64,000 bases of DNA from contig CAZXUJ010000002.1 in the NCBI GenBank assembly GCA_964643995.1, forward strand, positions 14,209-78,208. The letters run 5' to 3'. Within the stretch, counting starts at the first letter, position 1. The number at the start of each line of letters is the position of its first letter. Below, piece after piece: positions 26,870 to 38,044 of this stretch. Below the pieces are notes generated by a model. It ran no database searches. It saw only the letters and a program-made list of their open reading frames with translations, and had not been told where the DNA came from. The stretch is from an uncultured Candidatus Saccharibacteria bacterium (GTDB taxonomy: Bacteria > Patescibacteriota > WWE3 > UBA101185 > UBA10185). Position numbers and translations under genes: made by a program.

Positions 26870-26889
26870 GCTGTGAAATTTTAGCAGAT

Positions 26890-27909
26890 TTAATTGGAAA
26901 ACTCGATGACCGATTTTATTCTGTTAGTTGAGGTATCGAAGGCCTCCTCAAAAGCTTTTAGGGCATTATCAAAACTATACCGATGTGTAATCAAAGTTGA
27001 TGTGTCAATATCTTTAGATTTTATAAGATCAATAGTTTCAGTAAATGAATCTAGACATGTCCATGAGCCAAGCACCTGAAGTTCTTTCTTTACGATCTGC
27101 ATCATATTGAGAGACACATTATGCTCAAAAACCCCTAAGATAATTACCTTGCCGCGACTTCTGGCAAGATTCAAAGAAATTTGAGCAGTTTCCTCACGAC
27201 CTACAACTTCAAATACAACGTCTGCACCATCTGAACCCAACGCCTTTTGAAAGTCTGCTTGATATGTTAGCTTGGTAGTATTGAACCCAGCATCTATATA
27301 ATTCATTTTCTGGGCGTAACCCAAACGAGAGTCATTTATATCAAACCCATATACTTTACATCCCATAGCCTTAGCTACTTGATTAACGAATATTCCGATA
27401 GGACCCTGCCCTACAACTGCTACTGTGCAAGGCTTAGATATATTGGCACGCTTGATAGCATATACTGCTATAGACAAGGGTTCCACCAAAACACCATCGT
27501 CATACGTAAGTTCAGGCGGTAACTTAAAAACTAAATCGGAGGGCACTGCTACATACTCTGCCAACGCCCCGGATTTATGTAACCCAATAACAATTGGGTT
27601 AACACACAAATTCTTTAAACCTTGCTTACAATAAATACATATCCCACAACCAATCACATGCTCAGCAACCACGTGATCACCAATCATAAGATTTTTAACC
27701 TCACTGCCTATTTCTGCAACATCTCCAACAAACTCATGTCCCATTATCAAGGGTGTTGGAACCTTCATTCCGCCACTATAGATATGTAAGTCGGTACCAC
27801 AAATACCAACTTTTTTAATGCGCATTAAAATCTCGTTAGGTAAAATGTTAGGTTTAGGAACTTCAGTAAACTTTAATTCTTTAGGTCCAAAGTATTGCAG
27901 TGCTTTCAT
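26890..27909 (-). CDS. Zn-dependent alcohol dehydrogenase (MDR superfamily, threonine/sorbitol-DH-like)
   Basis: GICGTDLH, GHEFVGDV and the structural-Zn cluster CGICIYCKQGLKNLC are present. The Rossmann motif VAVVGQGPIG is present. Confidence 0.8.
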   Translation of the reverse strand: MKALQYFGPKELKFTEVPKPNILPNEILMRIKKVGICGTDLHIYSGGMKVPTPLIMGHEFVGDVAEIGSEVKNLMIGDHVVAEHVIGCGICIYCKQGLKNLCVNPIVIGLHKSGALAEYVAVPSDLVFKLPPELTYDDGVLVEPLSIAVYAIKRANISKPCTVAVVGQGPIGIFVNQVAKAMGCKVYGFDINDSRLGYAQKMNYIDAGFNTTKLTYQADFQKALGSDGADVVFEVVGREETAQISLNLARSRGKVIILGVFEHNVSLNMMQIVKKELQVLGSWTCLDSFTETIDLIKSKDIDTSTLITHRYSFDNALKAFEEAFDTSTNRIKSVIEFSN

Positions 27910-27993
27910 ACTATAAATTGTAATACAAATCTACCAATAATAAATATGCGATTTATTACAGATTCTCCAATGTATGTTATGATATGTGGACCA

Positions 27994-29499
27994 ATGAAAG
28001 CTCTAGAGAAAATAAAAGGCTTGCTATTGCAACATAAAATAATGTTGATCATTCTTGGTGTGGCTGTTTGTAGCATGGGACTTAACATGTCCAAATTTCC
28101 CTATTTCGAGGGTGACGAGGGAATTTATGTATCACGGGCGGTTGCATTAGTGCAAGACGGGAAATTTTCAACAGGAACTTATTGGTACGACCACCCACCA
28201 TTTGGATGGCTGCTGATAGGAATATGGTTAACGATAACAAAAAGTAATATCTTGTTCGAATCACTTTTAACCTCTGGAAGGGTCTTCATATTAATCATGA
28301 ACCTGGTAAATGTAGGATTTATTTACTATATTGCAAACAAAATGACTAATAATAAATACTTAAGCGTACTGGCAGCACTAACCTATGCGTTATCACCACT
28401 ACAGATATACTTTGGGAGGCGAATTTTACTTGACAATATAATGAGTTTCCTTGTCATATCAAGCATATTTGCTTATTTGTACACAAAAAAATGGTGGGTA
28501 GGATCTTCAGTAAGCGCGATTTTATTTGCCTTAGCAGTACTAACCAAAGAAAATGCCATTTTATTTTCGGTTCCACTATTATTACTACAATTGTGGTTTC
28601 CTAACGAAACTACATTACAAAACAAAAGGAAATCGATAGCAGTATGGATATCCATCGCAACACTCATTATCTCAATATATCCAGCATATGCACTAAGTAG
28701 GGGAGAACTCTTTCCAACAGGATATTTCGACTCAGGTGGAAAACCAAGTTTAATTTCTACACTTATTTATCAATCAAAAAGGGACTCATCTGAAGTATTT
28801 GATTTCGTGAAAAATCCATTTTGGAAACATCTTAAATATTGGACCGAAGAAGATCCTGTAATTGTTGGACTCGGCAGTGTTGCTATTACACTGAACCTAA
28901 TCATTGGGGCTTATAAAAAAAATAGAAACGCACTGCTTCTGGCGGCATTTGCATTAGTACAAGTCTTATTCTTTATGCGCGGGGGAGTTGTAATGGAGTT
29001 TTACATACTGCCACTTATTCCAATCATCGCATTAAACATAGCACTAGCATTTAGTTTTTTCTGTGCTAACGATAAAACAGATCTCAAGTTCGTGATTCCT
29101 GTATGCATATTACTAGTTACTACAGGGCTGCTAATTAAAAACCGCAATCCTTTCTTAAACAATCAAACTTCAGCACAAATGATGGCCGTAAATTGGATTA
29201 AAGAAAACAAAAAGGAATACACAACAATAGTCTCGGATAGTTATGCCAAAGCAGATTTATATGGGCAAGAGGGAATCGAGATCAAATCGCACTTTGATGC
29301 AGAGTATGATGACGGATTTGAAAAGAAAATTTTGAGTAAAAAGCAGAAAGTAGACTATATTATTTACACTAAACAAGTTGAATGGGACCTGGATAACCTA
29401 GATTTTGTGCGAAATCTATTGAAAAACACCAAACTATCTCAAGAATTTAAATCTGATGGCTGGGATATTAAGATTTACGAGCCAATTTCAACGCCCTAG
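27994..29499 (+). CDS. GT-C fold membrane glycosyltransferase (PMT/ArnT-like)
   Basis: The DE motif YFEGDEGIY lies in the first loop. There are about 12 TM helices. The start is placed at MKALEKIK; the ORF Met at 27895 overlaps the ADH gene. Confidence 0.6.
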   Translation: MKALEKIKGLLLQHKIMLIILGVAVCSMGLNMSKFPYFEGDEGIYVSRAVALVQDGKFSTGTYWYDHPPFGWLLIGIWLTITKSNILFESLLTSGRVFILIMNLVNVGFIYYIANKMTNNKYLSVLAALTYALSPLQIYFGRRILLDNIMSFLVISSIFAYLYTKKWWVGSSVSAILFALAVLTKENAILFSVPLLLLQLWFPNETTLQNKRKSIAVWISIATLIISIYPAYALSRGELFPTGYFDSGGKPSLISTLIYQSKRDSSEVFDFVKNPFWKHLKYWTEEDPVIVGLGSVAITLNLIIGAYKKNRNALLLAAFALVQVLFFMRGGVVMEFYILPLIPIIALNIALAFSFFCANDKTDLKFVIPVCILLVTTGLLIKNRNPFLNNQTSAQMMAVNWIKENKKEYTTIVSDSYAKADLYGQEGIEIKSHFDAEYDDGFEKKILSKKQKVDYIIYTKQVEWDLDNLDFVRNLLKNTKLSQEFKSDGWDIKIYEPISTP

Positions 29500-29980
29500 T
29501 CCACCAGTTTAGCTGGGCGAGCATAGTTGTAGCAGAACGTTCTAGAGATTCAGTTTTTAGATTACCGTGTTCATCCAGCATATTCCAATACTCAACTATA
29601 TGAACCGCATCCCTAATTGGAGTCATATGAAGTTCGACAGCAACCTGACGTAACTGCGCAACTGCACGAGCACCACCAACAGAACCATAGCCAACAAACG
29701 CAACAGGTTTGTTATGCCATCCCTTATAAACATAATCCAAAGCATTCTTCAGCACTGCGGTATAACCATGGTTGTATTCAGCTGCAACAATAATAAATCC
29801 ATCAGCTTCTTCAATTTTTTTTGTCCACTTAGCAACAACTGGATGCGTATAAGGTTCTGTTATATAGGATGGGGAAACAGGCTGTTTTTTGGCCTTTGCA
29901 GCTATCCATGTCGCAGGCTGCGGTGCAAATCTTTTTTCACGAACTGATCCAATTATTATTGGAATCTTTAATTTTTCCAT
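29468..29980 (-). CDS. NAD(P)H-dependent FMN reductase family flavoprotein
   Basis: 170 aa. The flavodoxin-like pattern IIIGSVREKRF...AEYNHGYTAVLKNALD...VGYGSVGGARAV is present. Confidence 0.65.
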   Translation of the reverse strand: MEKLKIPIIIGSVREKRFAPQPATWIAAKAKKQPVSPSYITEPYTHPVVAKWTKKIEEADGFIIVAAEYNHGYTAVLKNALDYVYKGWHNKPVAFVGYGSVGGARAVAQLRQVAVELHMTPIRDAVHIVEYWNMLDEHGNLKTESLERSATTMLAQLNWWTRALKLARKS

Positions 29981-30010
29981 ATTTTTAACTATACTTTAGA
30001 CGTATACACT

Positions 30011-30619
30011 ATGCAAAACTCCATAAAATTAATTTTATTTGATATCGGCGCAGTGCTAAATGACTACTCAGAAGTGTTTACCACCATAGAAAAAGAAATT
30101 GGACTTCCCAAAAAGCTAATTGATGAAACTTTCGATAAATACGACGAATCTATCACCAAGGGATACATTACTCCACAGGAATTTTATGACTTGTGTAGAA
30201 AAGAGCACAATTTGAATACAGATCCTACTTACAACTTTCTTGAGGGGTGGATTAAGGACTACAAGCCAATAGCTCAAACACACAAACTAGCGAAAGATCT
30301 AAAAGGGCAGTATAAAGTAGGCTTAATGTCCAATATTTATAAGGGACTTGTTCCTGAAATGAAGGCACGCGACATAATTCCAAACATAGATTACGACTAC
30401 GAATTTCTATCGTGTGACGTTAGGATGCAGAAACCAGAGGATAGCTTATATGAGCATGTTGTAAAAGAGACCAGGCTAACACCACACGAAATATTGTTCA
30501 TTGACGATAGAGCTGACTATATTGAACCTGCTAACAGGAAAGGGTGGCAAACTTGCAAATTCTGCCTTAACGAAGCGGACACTCAGGTCGCATACCTAAG
30601 AAAGTTGCTGCTAAGCTAA
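30011..30619 (+). CDS. HAD-superfamily hydrolase-like protein with a non-canonical motif I
   Basis: [12 protein letters not shown] sits at the motif I position (DxDG becomes DIGA). Motif [12 protein letters not shown] is present. Confidence 0.5.
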   Translation: MQNSIKLILFDIGAVLNDYSEVFTTIEKEIGLPKKLIDETFDKYDESITKGYITPQEFYDLCRKEHNLNTDPTYNFLEGWIKDYKPIAQTHKLAKDLKGQYKVGLMSNIYKGLVPEMKARDIIPNIDYDYEFLSCDVRMQKPEDSLYEHVVKETRLTPHEILFIDDRADYIEPANRKGWQTCKFCLNEADTQVAYLRKLLLS

Positions 30620-32826
30620 AACTTGTTTTTGAGCCTTAGACTATTGCCGACCACACTCACAGAACTAAAAGCCATAGCTAGACTAGCTATAATAGGGGAG
30701 AGCATAACTCCAAAAGACGGAAATAGGGCTCCAGCAGCAATCGGTATACCCAAAACATTATAACCAAATGCCCAGACTAAATTTTGCTTAATTGTTGTAA
30801 GAGTTCTCCCAGATATTTGAATAGCATCGACAACCTTCTGGACTGAACCACCAATCAAAACTATATCTCCAGACTCTATAGCTACGTCTGTTCCATTGCC
30901 CATGGCGAAACCAACGTGTGCTTGAGCCAGAGCAGGCGCATCGTTTATGCCGTCACCTACCATTGCAACTACAAAATCAGGGTTTTCATCTTGTAATTCC
31001 TTCACTTTCATTACTTTCTGATCTGGCTTAACTTCAGCCAAAACTTCATCAATACCTAATGTTGAAGCAACAATACTGGCTACCTTGTAACTATCCCCGG
31101 TTAGTAAATAAGTTTTTATCTTTTTGTCTTTAAGTCGCTTGATTAGCTGAGCTGCTTCAGGTTTGATACTGTCGGAAATACCCATAACGCCTACAGTTTT
31201 GTTATCATACGCTATGTAGGATACGGTACAAGCTTGAGCACGCAATGCATTTGCGCACTCCTCTAGCTCAAAAGGGACAAGTATATTTTGGTTTCGAAGC
31301 ATTGAGGTATTTCCTAACAATAAATCAATGTTATTGTAGGTAGCCTTAACTCCATGCCCAGGTACGTCCTCGAAAGCTTGGAGTTCAAGTGGTTGTACTC
31401 TTGGTTCCAAATATTTAACTACAGGCTCTGCTAGGGGATGATGGGATTTTTTTTCGATACTATAAATCAAGTTCTCTAATTCAGATTTGTTAGCTGTCGG
31501 TTCGATGTAAAACTCTTGGATTTGAGGTTTACCTATAGTTAAAGTGCCTGTCTTGTCAAAAATTATATGTGTGATTTTGTTCGTAATCTCAAGGGCCTGT
31601 GCATTCCTAATCAATATTCCACGACGTGCAGCATTACCCGTACCAACCATAATTGCAGTTGGGGTCGCAAGACCTAAAGCACAAGGGCAAGCTATGATTA
31701 AAACTGTTGTTGCAGCGTATATCGCTTGTGAAAAAGATCCTAATAGCATCCAAGTAATGAATGTAACTACTGAGATTACTATTACAACAGGTACAAACAC
31801 ACTTGAAACTTTATCGGCAAGCTTTTGTATAGGTGCCTCACTAGATTGAGCATACTCAACCATTTTTATAATCTGTGCCAATACCGTGTCTGAGCCAATC
31901 TTAGTAACCCGAATCTTTATATATCCCAACTTGTTTATAGTAGCACCTACAACTTTGTCACCTAAAACCTTTCCCACTGGAAGAGATTCACCAGTCAACA
32001 TGGACTCATCGATTGTTGTAGAACCATCCACAATTTCACCATCAACAGGTATTTTCCATCCAGGCTTAACAATAACTATGTCTCCAACGGCTACTTTATC
32101 GACCGGAACAGCGATTTCTTTACCGTTAATTTCAACAATAGCATCTTTCACTTGGAGCTCTAGCAAAGCTTTTATTGCCTCGTTGGTACGACCCTTAGCA
32201 CGAACCTCTAGAAACCTACCCAACAAGATGAAAAATATTATAAAAACCGCAGCTTCAAAGTATGTATCACCACCAGTGGCTAAAAAAAATGTAACAAATG
32301 AAGAATAAAGCCAAGCTGTTAATGTACCTAAGGCAATCAATGAATCCATGTTAAAACTTTTAACTCGTAAGGCAGTAAATGCACTGTGATAGATATCTTT
32401 ACTAGCTACGAAAAGTACAAGAGTTGCAAGCATAAATTGAATAATATTTAGTAAAGATTGAGAAATACTTATCTCTGGCATCATCATACCCAGAAATAAC
32501 TCTGCAAACATAGAAGCCATTAGTATTAAAAATGGAATAGAAAGTAACCCACTTAAAATTACATTTCGTTTTAGTTTTTGGAGTTCATATTCTTTATTTG
32601 CGTTAGTAGAACCAACTACGAGTTTATAACCGCCTAAACTTGCCACTTTTTTTCGAATGTTGTCGATTGTTGTCTTCTTATCATCGTATTCCACTGTGAG
32701 TTTTTCAGTGCCATAATTCACTTTTCCGGATTCAACTCCTTCAACAGAATTTACGCCGCGTTCTATAAGTGTCTTGCATGATGCACAATGCATACCGGTT
32801 ATTGAGTAAGTTTCTTTTTTTAGCAT
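30616..32826 (-). CDS. copA: copper-translocating P1B-type ATPase
   Basis: N-terminal [18 protein letters not shown] in TM6 ([11 protein letters not shown]). [17 protein letters not shown] and the TGES-like GESLPV motifs are present. 736 aa. Confidence 0.9.
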   Translation of the reverse strand: MLKKETYSITGMHCASCKTLIERGVNSVEGVESGKVNYGTEKLTVEYDDKKTTIDNIRKKVASLGGYKLVVGSTNANKEYELQKLKRNVILSGLLSIPFLILMASMFAELFLGMMMPEISISQSLLNIIQFMLATLVLFVASKDIYHSAFTALRVKSFNMDSLIALGTLTAWLYSSFVTFFLATGGDTYFEAAVFIIFFILLGRFLEVRAKGRTNEAIKALLELQVKDAIVEINGKEIAVPVDKVAVGDIVIVKPGWKIPVDGEIVDGSTTIDESMLTGESLPVGKVLGDKVVGATINKLGYIKIRVTKIGSDTVLAQIIKMVEYAQSSEAPIQKLADKVSSVFVPVVIVISVVTFITWMLLGSFSQAIYAATTVLIIACPCALGLATPTAIMVGTGNAARRGILIRNAQALEITNKITHIIFDKTGTLTIGKPQIQEFYIEPTANKSELENLIYSIEKKSHHPLAEPVVKYLEPRVQPLELQAFEDVPGHGVKATYNNIDLLLGNTSMLRNQNILVPFELEECANALRAQACTVSYIAYDNKTVGVMGISDSIKPEAAQLIKRLKDKKIKTYLLTGDSYKVASIVASTLGIDEVLAEVKPDQKVMKVKELQDENPDFVVAMVGDGINDAPALAQAHVGFAMGNGTDVAIESGDIVLIGGSVQKVVDAIQISGRTLTTIKQNLVWAFGYNVLGIPIAAGALFPSFGVMLSPIIASLAMAFSSVSVVGNSLRLKNKF

Positions 32827-32827
32827 A

Positions 32828-34171
32828 TTAATAGACCGTAACTGTTACTGGGGGGACCATCCCCATCGAACAGGAAATTTTATACGTGCCAGCTTTAGGT
32901 GATACAAATTCAACAGTGTTCATACCAGGTTTAAGATAAATTACATTAGGGTAAAGTCCGCGTGCATAAACAGCCCGTGCGCAACCTAAGCTTCCATTGT
33001 CAAATATTTCCCACCTTGTTTTGGTGTTTGCTTTGATGGTTATTTGAGATGGGAAGTAATCAAGTTTATTTGCTTCCATCTGCATTACTTGAATTTCACC
33101 TTGTTTGGTAGTACTTTCCACTTGAGGTTTGCTACGCGAGGATTCAAACGTAATGTCGCTAAGACTGGGCAAACCTAAAACATTAAGTTGTGAATTTAAA
33201 GTATATAAGGCAAAAAATATAATCACTAAACCCGAGAACAAACTAAAGCGCTTTGAAAAAGTAGGATTAGAATAAAGCTTTACACTCGTAAAACTTATCA
33301 AAGCTAGAATAGGCAGGGTGCCTAGAGCAAAAGCAAACAACTGTGCAGCTCCCAAATAAAAACTTCCAGACTGTATTACTGTAGTCTGAGCAATTAGTGT
33401 AAATCCGCAAGGTACGAAAAATGTTAGCCCTCCTACCAGTACTGGGAGATACTTGTTTTGCATGTCTGCGTTTTTATCAAACGAATGAAATCTACCAAAA
33501 ATACTTAGATTAAATCTTTGAAACCATCTTATCCCAACCATTTGAAAGCCAATAATCATCATAAAAATAGCAACCACTAGTGTAAGTATGGATGTAGAGG
33601 TCATAGAGAAAGTAAGGAAATTTCCGATGTACCCTAGGAGGCCACCAAAAAAAGCAAATACAGCCAAGCGCGAAATATTAAAATATACAAATGGTAAAAC
33701 ACGATTATGCCAACTTGACGAAAGACTCAACAATAAACCTCCAACTAAGGCCGCACAACTCGAGATACCTGCTGCCAACCCAAAAATAAAATAAGACATT
33801 AGAGAAGAGTTACCTGTAAGAGTCAGCTTCATTAATGTACCGTTTTTGTTTAATATAAAAAATGTAATGCAAAAAATTATTACTATTGCTAACACTCTCA
33901 AAAAATCCTCTTTATTTACTGGAGTTTCTTTATCAGGCGTGTCACTGAATGTATAGCCTGCATCCTTAAACAAGCTGTTTAGTTTTGAAATTTTTGGAAG
34001 ATCCTCCTGAGAACCTACCTCAACATGTACACATGCATTCTTAAGTGATGCCTTAGCATTCTTAACACCTTTTATTGCTTTGATGTCCTGGGAAACCAAG
34101 ATTTCACATGCGGCACAGTGCATGCCTTTAACAAAATATGTTTTCGATGCTCCTTTAGTTTTTGTATTCAT
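32828..34171 (-). CDS. membrane protein with an N-terminal HMA domain, a central CcdA/DsbD-like transmembrane domain and a C-terminal cupredoxin-like domain
   Basis: [11 protein letters not shown] is an HMA CxxC motif. The polytopic core has one Cys in TM1 (GISSCAAL) and one in TM4 (FFVPCGFTL), as in CcdA. The C-terminal ~110 aa is a beta-rich domain ending [11 protein letters not shown] (Cys-x-x-Met). It is translationally coupled to copA with a 1-nt gap. Confidence 0.45.
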   Translation of the reverse strand: MNTKTKGASKTYFVKGMHCAACEILVSQDIKAIKGVKNAKASLKNACVHVEVGSQEDLPKISKLNSLFKDAGYTFSDTPDKETPVNKEDFLRVLAIVIIFCITFFILNKNGTLMKLTLTGNSSLMSYFIFGLAAGISSCAALVGGLLLSLSSSWHNRVLPFVYFNISRLAVFAFFGGLLGYIGNFLTFSMTSTSILTLVVAIFMMIIGFQMVGIRWFQRFNLSIFGRFHSFDKNADMQNKYLPVLVGGLTFFVPCGFTLIAQTTVIQSGSFYLGAAQLFAFALGTLPILALISFTSVKLYSNPTFSKRFSLFSGLVIIFFALYTLNSQLNVLGLPSLSDITFESSRSKPQVESTTKQGEIQVMQMEANKLDYFPSQITIKANTKTRWEIFDNGSLGCARAVYARGLYPNVIYLKPGMNTVEFVSPKAGTYKISCSMGMVPPVTVTVY

Positions 34172-34454
34172 AAATTTTTAATAACTCCTGAGTAATTTTT
34201 TCGGAATTTCCCTCTTTAGCCTGTGCAACTACACAATGCTTAATGTGATCCGCGATCACTACAGAATCAAGTTTTTTTAATGCTTTCTGAACAGCTAATG
34301 ATTGATGCACTATATCTATACAGTAAGTGTCAGTTTCTATCATGCGCTCAATAGCATTTAAATGCCCTTTTATTATTTTTATTCTGTGTAGAATACTATC
34401 TTTGCTACTTTTCATAAGTGTGGTCCCCCCAGGGGGGATATAGGAATAGTACAC
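34155..34454 (-). CDS. csoR: CsoR-family copper-sensing transcriptional repressor (alternative start at 34415)
   Basis: ...ILHRIKIIKGHLNAIERMIETDTYCIDIVHQSLAVQKALKKLDSVVIADHIKHC... is collinear with B. subtilis CsoR. The C-H-C ligand set is YCID Cys ... H.KHC. It overlaps the downstream gene start. Confidence 0.75.
   Translation of the reverse strand: MYYSYIPPGGTTLMKSSKDSILHRIKIIKGHLNAIERMIETDTYCIDIVHQSLAVQKALKKLDSVVIADHIKHCVVAQAKEGNSEKITQELLKIYEYKN
34424..34438 (-). promoter_or_regulatory. CsoR/RcnR-type operator-like pseudo-palindrome (C6-A-G6) at the 5' end of csoR
   Basis: tCCCCCCaGGGGGGa is flanked by AT-rich sequence. It lies either 10-25 nt upstream of the Met14 start or inside codons 6-11 if Met1 is used. 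Confidence 0.4.
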
Positions 34455-34487
34455 TCGTATTAAATTAAATGAAAGCTGGAGTTTATT

Positions 34488-36299
34488 TTAACGTCTTATC
34501 GACTTCAAGCGTTGGGCAGTATTTAATATTTTTTTGCGTAATCGTATATTTTTTGGAGTAATCTCCAAAAGTTCATCATCTTCCAAGAAATTAAGATATT
34601 GTTCTAAACTCATTATTGTCGGTGGTGTAAGTATAATACCATCTTCACCCTGAGATCTGACGTTTGTTAACTGCTTACCTTTACAAACATTAATTTCTAG
34701 ATCTTGCTCACGACCATTTACACCAACAACCATACCTTCATAAACCATTTCCTGCGGACCAATAAATACAGGGCCTTTTTCTTGAGCTGTTTGTAAACCG
34801 TATGCAGCAGCTTTACCCTCTGCAGAAGCAATCAACACACCTTTGCGCATTTTCTGCACTACTGCGTTAGATTTATCATATTTTAAAAACAAAGAGTTCA
34901 TTACTGCAGTACCTTTTGTTAAGGTTAGTAAGGTACTTCGCAGGCCAAGTATCTGTCTTGTAGGAATTTCAAATATCAATCTTGTACTGCCCCCATCTGT
35001 AGGTTCTTGTTCTTTAAGTACAGCACGCCTTTTACCAAGTTCACTGTTTATGGCACCAACATATGAATTGTCGACATCGATTGTAAGTTCTTCAAATGGC
35101 TCTTTTTCAACCCCATCAATGATTTTTGTAATAACTTTAGGTTTTCCTACTTCAAATTCATATCCCTCACGTCGTAAAGTTTCAAAAAACACGGATAAGT
35201 GCAATTCACCGCGACCGGATATTATAAATTGAGCATTCTCATTTATTTCAAACTTCATTGCAACGTTTGTTTGGAGTTCTTTGTGAATTCGATCTAACAA
35301 TTGACGACTAGTCAAAAAATCACCATCTTGGCCTCTAAATGGAGATGTGTTCGCACCAATATAGATACTTAACGTGGGGTCTTCAATAGACATTGTGGGC
35401 AAAGGAGTCCTATCAACTAAGGATGTGATTGTATCGCCAATGCTTGCATCTTTTATGCCAGTAAAAGCCACTATATCCCCAGCTAAAGCTTCGGGAACAG
35501 CTACACGGCCTAACCCTTTGTTTACATAAACAGCGTCCACAATTGCTTCTTGGCTTTTGTCAGCCAATGAGGCTAAGTAAATTTTTTCTCCAGATGAAAC
35601 CTTGCCTTGCTGTATTCTTCCAATTACATATTTACCCTTATATGAATCCCAGTCTAGTGAAGTAACTAACATTTTAAGAGGAGCCTTCAAATCGGCACAG
35701 GGTGCAGGAACATCACGTAGTATCGCATCAAAGATAGGTGTTAGATCAGCATCAGCAGTTATATCAGCGGGCAAAGTAGCCCATGCTTTACCGTCACGAC
35801 CTATTGCATAAAGAACTGTAAAGTTCAGTTGATCCTCGTGGCTTGCCAACTCTAAAAATAAATCGGAAACTCTGCTTATAGTTTTGTTTATGTTTGCATT
35901 TTGCTTATCAATCTTGTTGATAACAACGATTATTTTTAAGTTAAGTTCAAGGGCTTTACGTAGAACAAACTTCGTTTGGGGCATTGGACCTTCTTGAGCA
36001 TCTACCATAAGTAATGCGCCATCTGCCATATTGAGTGTTCTTTCTACCTCACCACCAAAGTCGGCATGCCCAGGTGTATCTACAATGTTAATTTTTACGT
36101 CCTTGTACATTACGGCTGTATTTTTGGCTAGAATAGTGATACCTCGCTCACGTTCTTGATCATTACTATCCATTATCAAATCTTGTTCCATATAGGATTC
36201 ATTGTCTCTAAAGGTCTTAGACTGCTTCAACAAACCATCAACTAGTGTGGTCTTTCCATGGTCTACGTGTGCAATTATCGCAATATTTCTTATATCCAT
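34488..36299 (-). CDS. typA: translational GTPase TypA/BipA
   Basis: [36 protein letters not shown] and NKIDK motifs are present. 603 aa with the EF-G-like domain order. Confidence 0.9.
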   Translation of the reverse strand: MDIRNIAIIAHVDHGKTTLVDGLLKQSKTFRDNESYMEQDLIMDSNDQERERGITILAKNTAVMYKDVKINIVDTPGHADFGGEVERTLNMADGALLMVDAQEGPMPQTKFVLRKALELNLKIIVVINKIDKQNANINKTISRVSDLFLELASHEDQLNFTVLYAIGRDGKAWATLPADITADADLTPIFDAILRDVPAPCADLKAPLKMLVTSLDWDSYKGKYVIGRIQQGKVSSGEKIYLASLADKSQEAIVDAVYVNKGLGRVAVPEALAGDIVAFTGIKDASIGDTITSLVDRTPLPTMSIEDPTLSIYIGANTSPFRGQDGDFLTSRQLLDRIHKELQTNVAMKFEINENAQFIISGRGELHLSVFFETLRREGYEFEVGKPKVITKIIDGVEKEPFEELTIDVDNSYVGAINSELGKRRAVLKEQEPTDGGSTRLIFEIPTRQILGLRSTLLTLTKGTAVMNSLFLKYDKSNAVVQKMRKGVLIASAEGKAAAYGLQTAQEKGPVFIGPQEMVYEGMVVGVNGREQDLEINVCKGKQLTNVRSQGEDGIILTPPTIMSLEQYLNFLEDDELLEITPKNIRLRKKILNTAQRLKSIRR

Positions 36300-36309
36300 A
36301 AGTTATAAC

Positions 36310-37503
36310 TTAACGAACAAAGGTTAATGCAACGCCCTTTTTACCTATACGACCCGTTCTGCCAATACGATGTATATAGTCTGCATAAGTTGCAGGTTCA
36401 TCGTAATTGATTACATGCGTAATATCAGGTACATCGATACCTCTGGAGGCGACATCAGTGGCAACAAGAATTTGAATTCTGTTATCTCTAAACATGCTAA
36501 GAGTGCGAGTTCTAGTATTCTGTGATTTGTTGCCGTGGATAGCCTCCGCTTTGAACCCACGAACCCTCAAATCTCTAGATAAGACGTCCGCATCTCTCTT
36601 TGTACGTGAGAAAACTAACACTTTCTCTACTTCCTGACTATTAAGCAAGTCGTGCAAAAGCTGCATTTTGTGCTCTCGAGATGTGTACTTAACAATATTT
36701 TGTTCAACATTTTTGTGAGGCGCTTGGCGTTCCATTGAGATCCTTTCAGGGGCTATCAACAAAGACCTTGCTATATTCTCTGAAACAGGAGAAATTGTTG
36801 CTGAAAAAAACAATGACTGTCTTACTGGAGCAACCTTTGCAACTATTGTTGTGATATCTTTGACAAAACCCATATCTAGCATACGATCAACCTCATCTAA
36901 AACAATGTTACTGAACATATCAAGATCCAGGACTTTGCGTGTGTAAAGATCAAGGATTCTACCCGGGGTACCAATAACAAAATGTGGCTTATATTTTAAC
37001 GAAGTAATTTGTTGGCGCATATTTTCTCCACCAATAACTAGTGTTCTTCCTAAACCAGCACCTGATGCGAAAGTATCAAACTCATTCTTTATTTGTAAAG
37101 CAAGTTCTCTTGTTGGAGTAATTATCAAACATTTCTGCGTTTTATCACGCAAAACCTTGTTTATTAAGGGGATTAAGAATGCTGCAGTTTTACCTGAGCC
37201 TGTGCTTGCCATAGCAAGTAAATCTCGACCAGCTATTACGACTGGAATTGCCTGTGCTTGAACTTTTGTAGGGTGCACATAACCCTTCTTTTTTATATTT
37301 GCCTTTAGGATAGGTTCTAAATCAAAGTCATTGTATGTCACTGAAGTGTCATAAGGTGTTGACTCCACAATTTCAGTTGCCTTAGCAATATACTGAGCGT
37401 GTTGAATCTTTTCATCTCTAAAGCCACGGCTACCATTTCTTTTATTTCTAAAGCCGCCTCTAGAATATCTACCACTATTTGGTCTATTTGCATTTCTATA
37501 CAT
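36310..37503 (-). CDS. DEAD-box ATP-dependent RNA helicase with an N-terminal Arg/Gly-rich tail
   Basis: Q-motif region ...PTKVQ. ASTGSGKTAAF (motif I), DEVD (motif II), SAT and HRIGRTGRIGKKG (motif VI) are present. Confidence 0.85.
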   Translation of the reverse strand: MYRNANRPNSGRYSRGGFRNKRNGSRGFRDEKIQHAQYIAKATEIVESTPYDTSVTYNDFDLEPILKANIKKKGYVHPTKVQAQAIPVVIAGRDLLAMASTGSGKTAAFLIPLINKVLRDKTQKCLIITPTRELALQIKNEFDTFASGAGLGRTLVIGGENMRQQITSLKYKPHFVIGTPGRILDLYTRKVLDLDMFSNIVLDEVDRMLDMGFVKDITTIVAKVAPVRQSLFFSATISPVSENIARSLLIAPERISMERQAPHKNVEQNIVKYTSREHKMQLLHDLLNSQEVEKVLVFSRTKRDADVLSRDLRVRGFKAEAIHGNKSQNTRTRTLSMFRDNRIQILVATDVASRGIDVPDITHVINYDEPATYADYIHRIGRTGRIGKKGVALTFVR

Positions 37504-37642
37504 ATTTTTTTCTTGGATGGTACAAAAGAGATAAAAGTAGCTTAATTGGGCTTTAGATCCATTTTGGACAATCGCAGGGAGTATTGTATCACGTATTTAC
37601 ATAAATTGTCGAAACGACCAAAATAAGGTTAAAATGTAGTTC

Positions 37643-38044
37643 ATGTATGATATCAAAACAGGAATCATAACTATCGAATCCCAGAAAGAATTTCAAATAG
37701 TGGACATTACAGACCAGGTGAACAAAATTCTAAGAGAGGACTGTAATTTATGCAATGTTTTCGTGCAACACACTACAGCAGCAATAGGGATAGTAGATGT
37801 TGATAAGGGAACACAACTTGATATGGTGGATTCTTTGAACAAACTCCTGCCAGAAATAAATTATAGATTTTCCTATAACCCAGAGCATATGGATGCGCAT
37901 ATATTAGCCACAATGATTGGCATGTTTGTGACTGTACCTGTAGTTAATGGCAAACTCCTGCTAGGGGAGTGGCAAAGACTAGTACTTATCGAATTAAACG
38001 GCCCGCGCAAAAGGCATGTTGCTATCACAGGACTCGCAAAGTAG
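37643..38044 (+). CDS. YjbQ/UPF0047 family protein (secondary thiamine-phosphate synthase-like)
   Basis: ...VQHTTAAIGIVDVDKG...DAHILATMIGMFVTVPVVNGKLLLGEWQRLVLIELNGPRKRHV matches the YjbQ signature (HTSA...aH......G.l.lGtWQ.i...E.dg.r.R). Confidence 0.7.
   Translation: MYDIKTGIITIESQKEFQIVDITDQVNKILREDCNLCNVFVQHTTAAIGIVDVDKGTQLDMVDSLNKLLPEINYRFSYNPEHMDAHILATMIGMFVTVPVVNGKLLLGEWQRLVLIELNGPRKRHVAITGLAK

Noticed and set aside
28255-28275. gttcgaatc (tRNA T-arm-like string)
   Set aside because: It lies inside the GT-C glycosyltransferase coding frame. No acceptor or anticodon stems are foldable around it. No tRNA-like GTGGC..TCGAATCC..CCA contexts were seen anywhere in the window.
31544-32308. 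plus-strand ORFs 31544-31849 and 31886-32308 inside copA
   Set aside because: They are antisense shadows of the well-supported copA gene.
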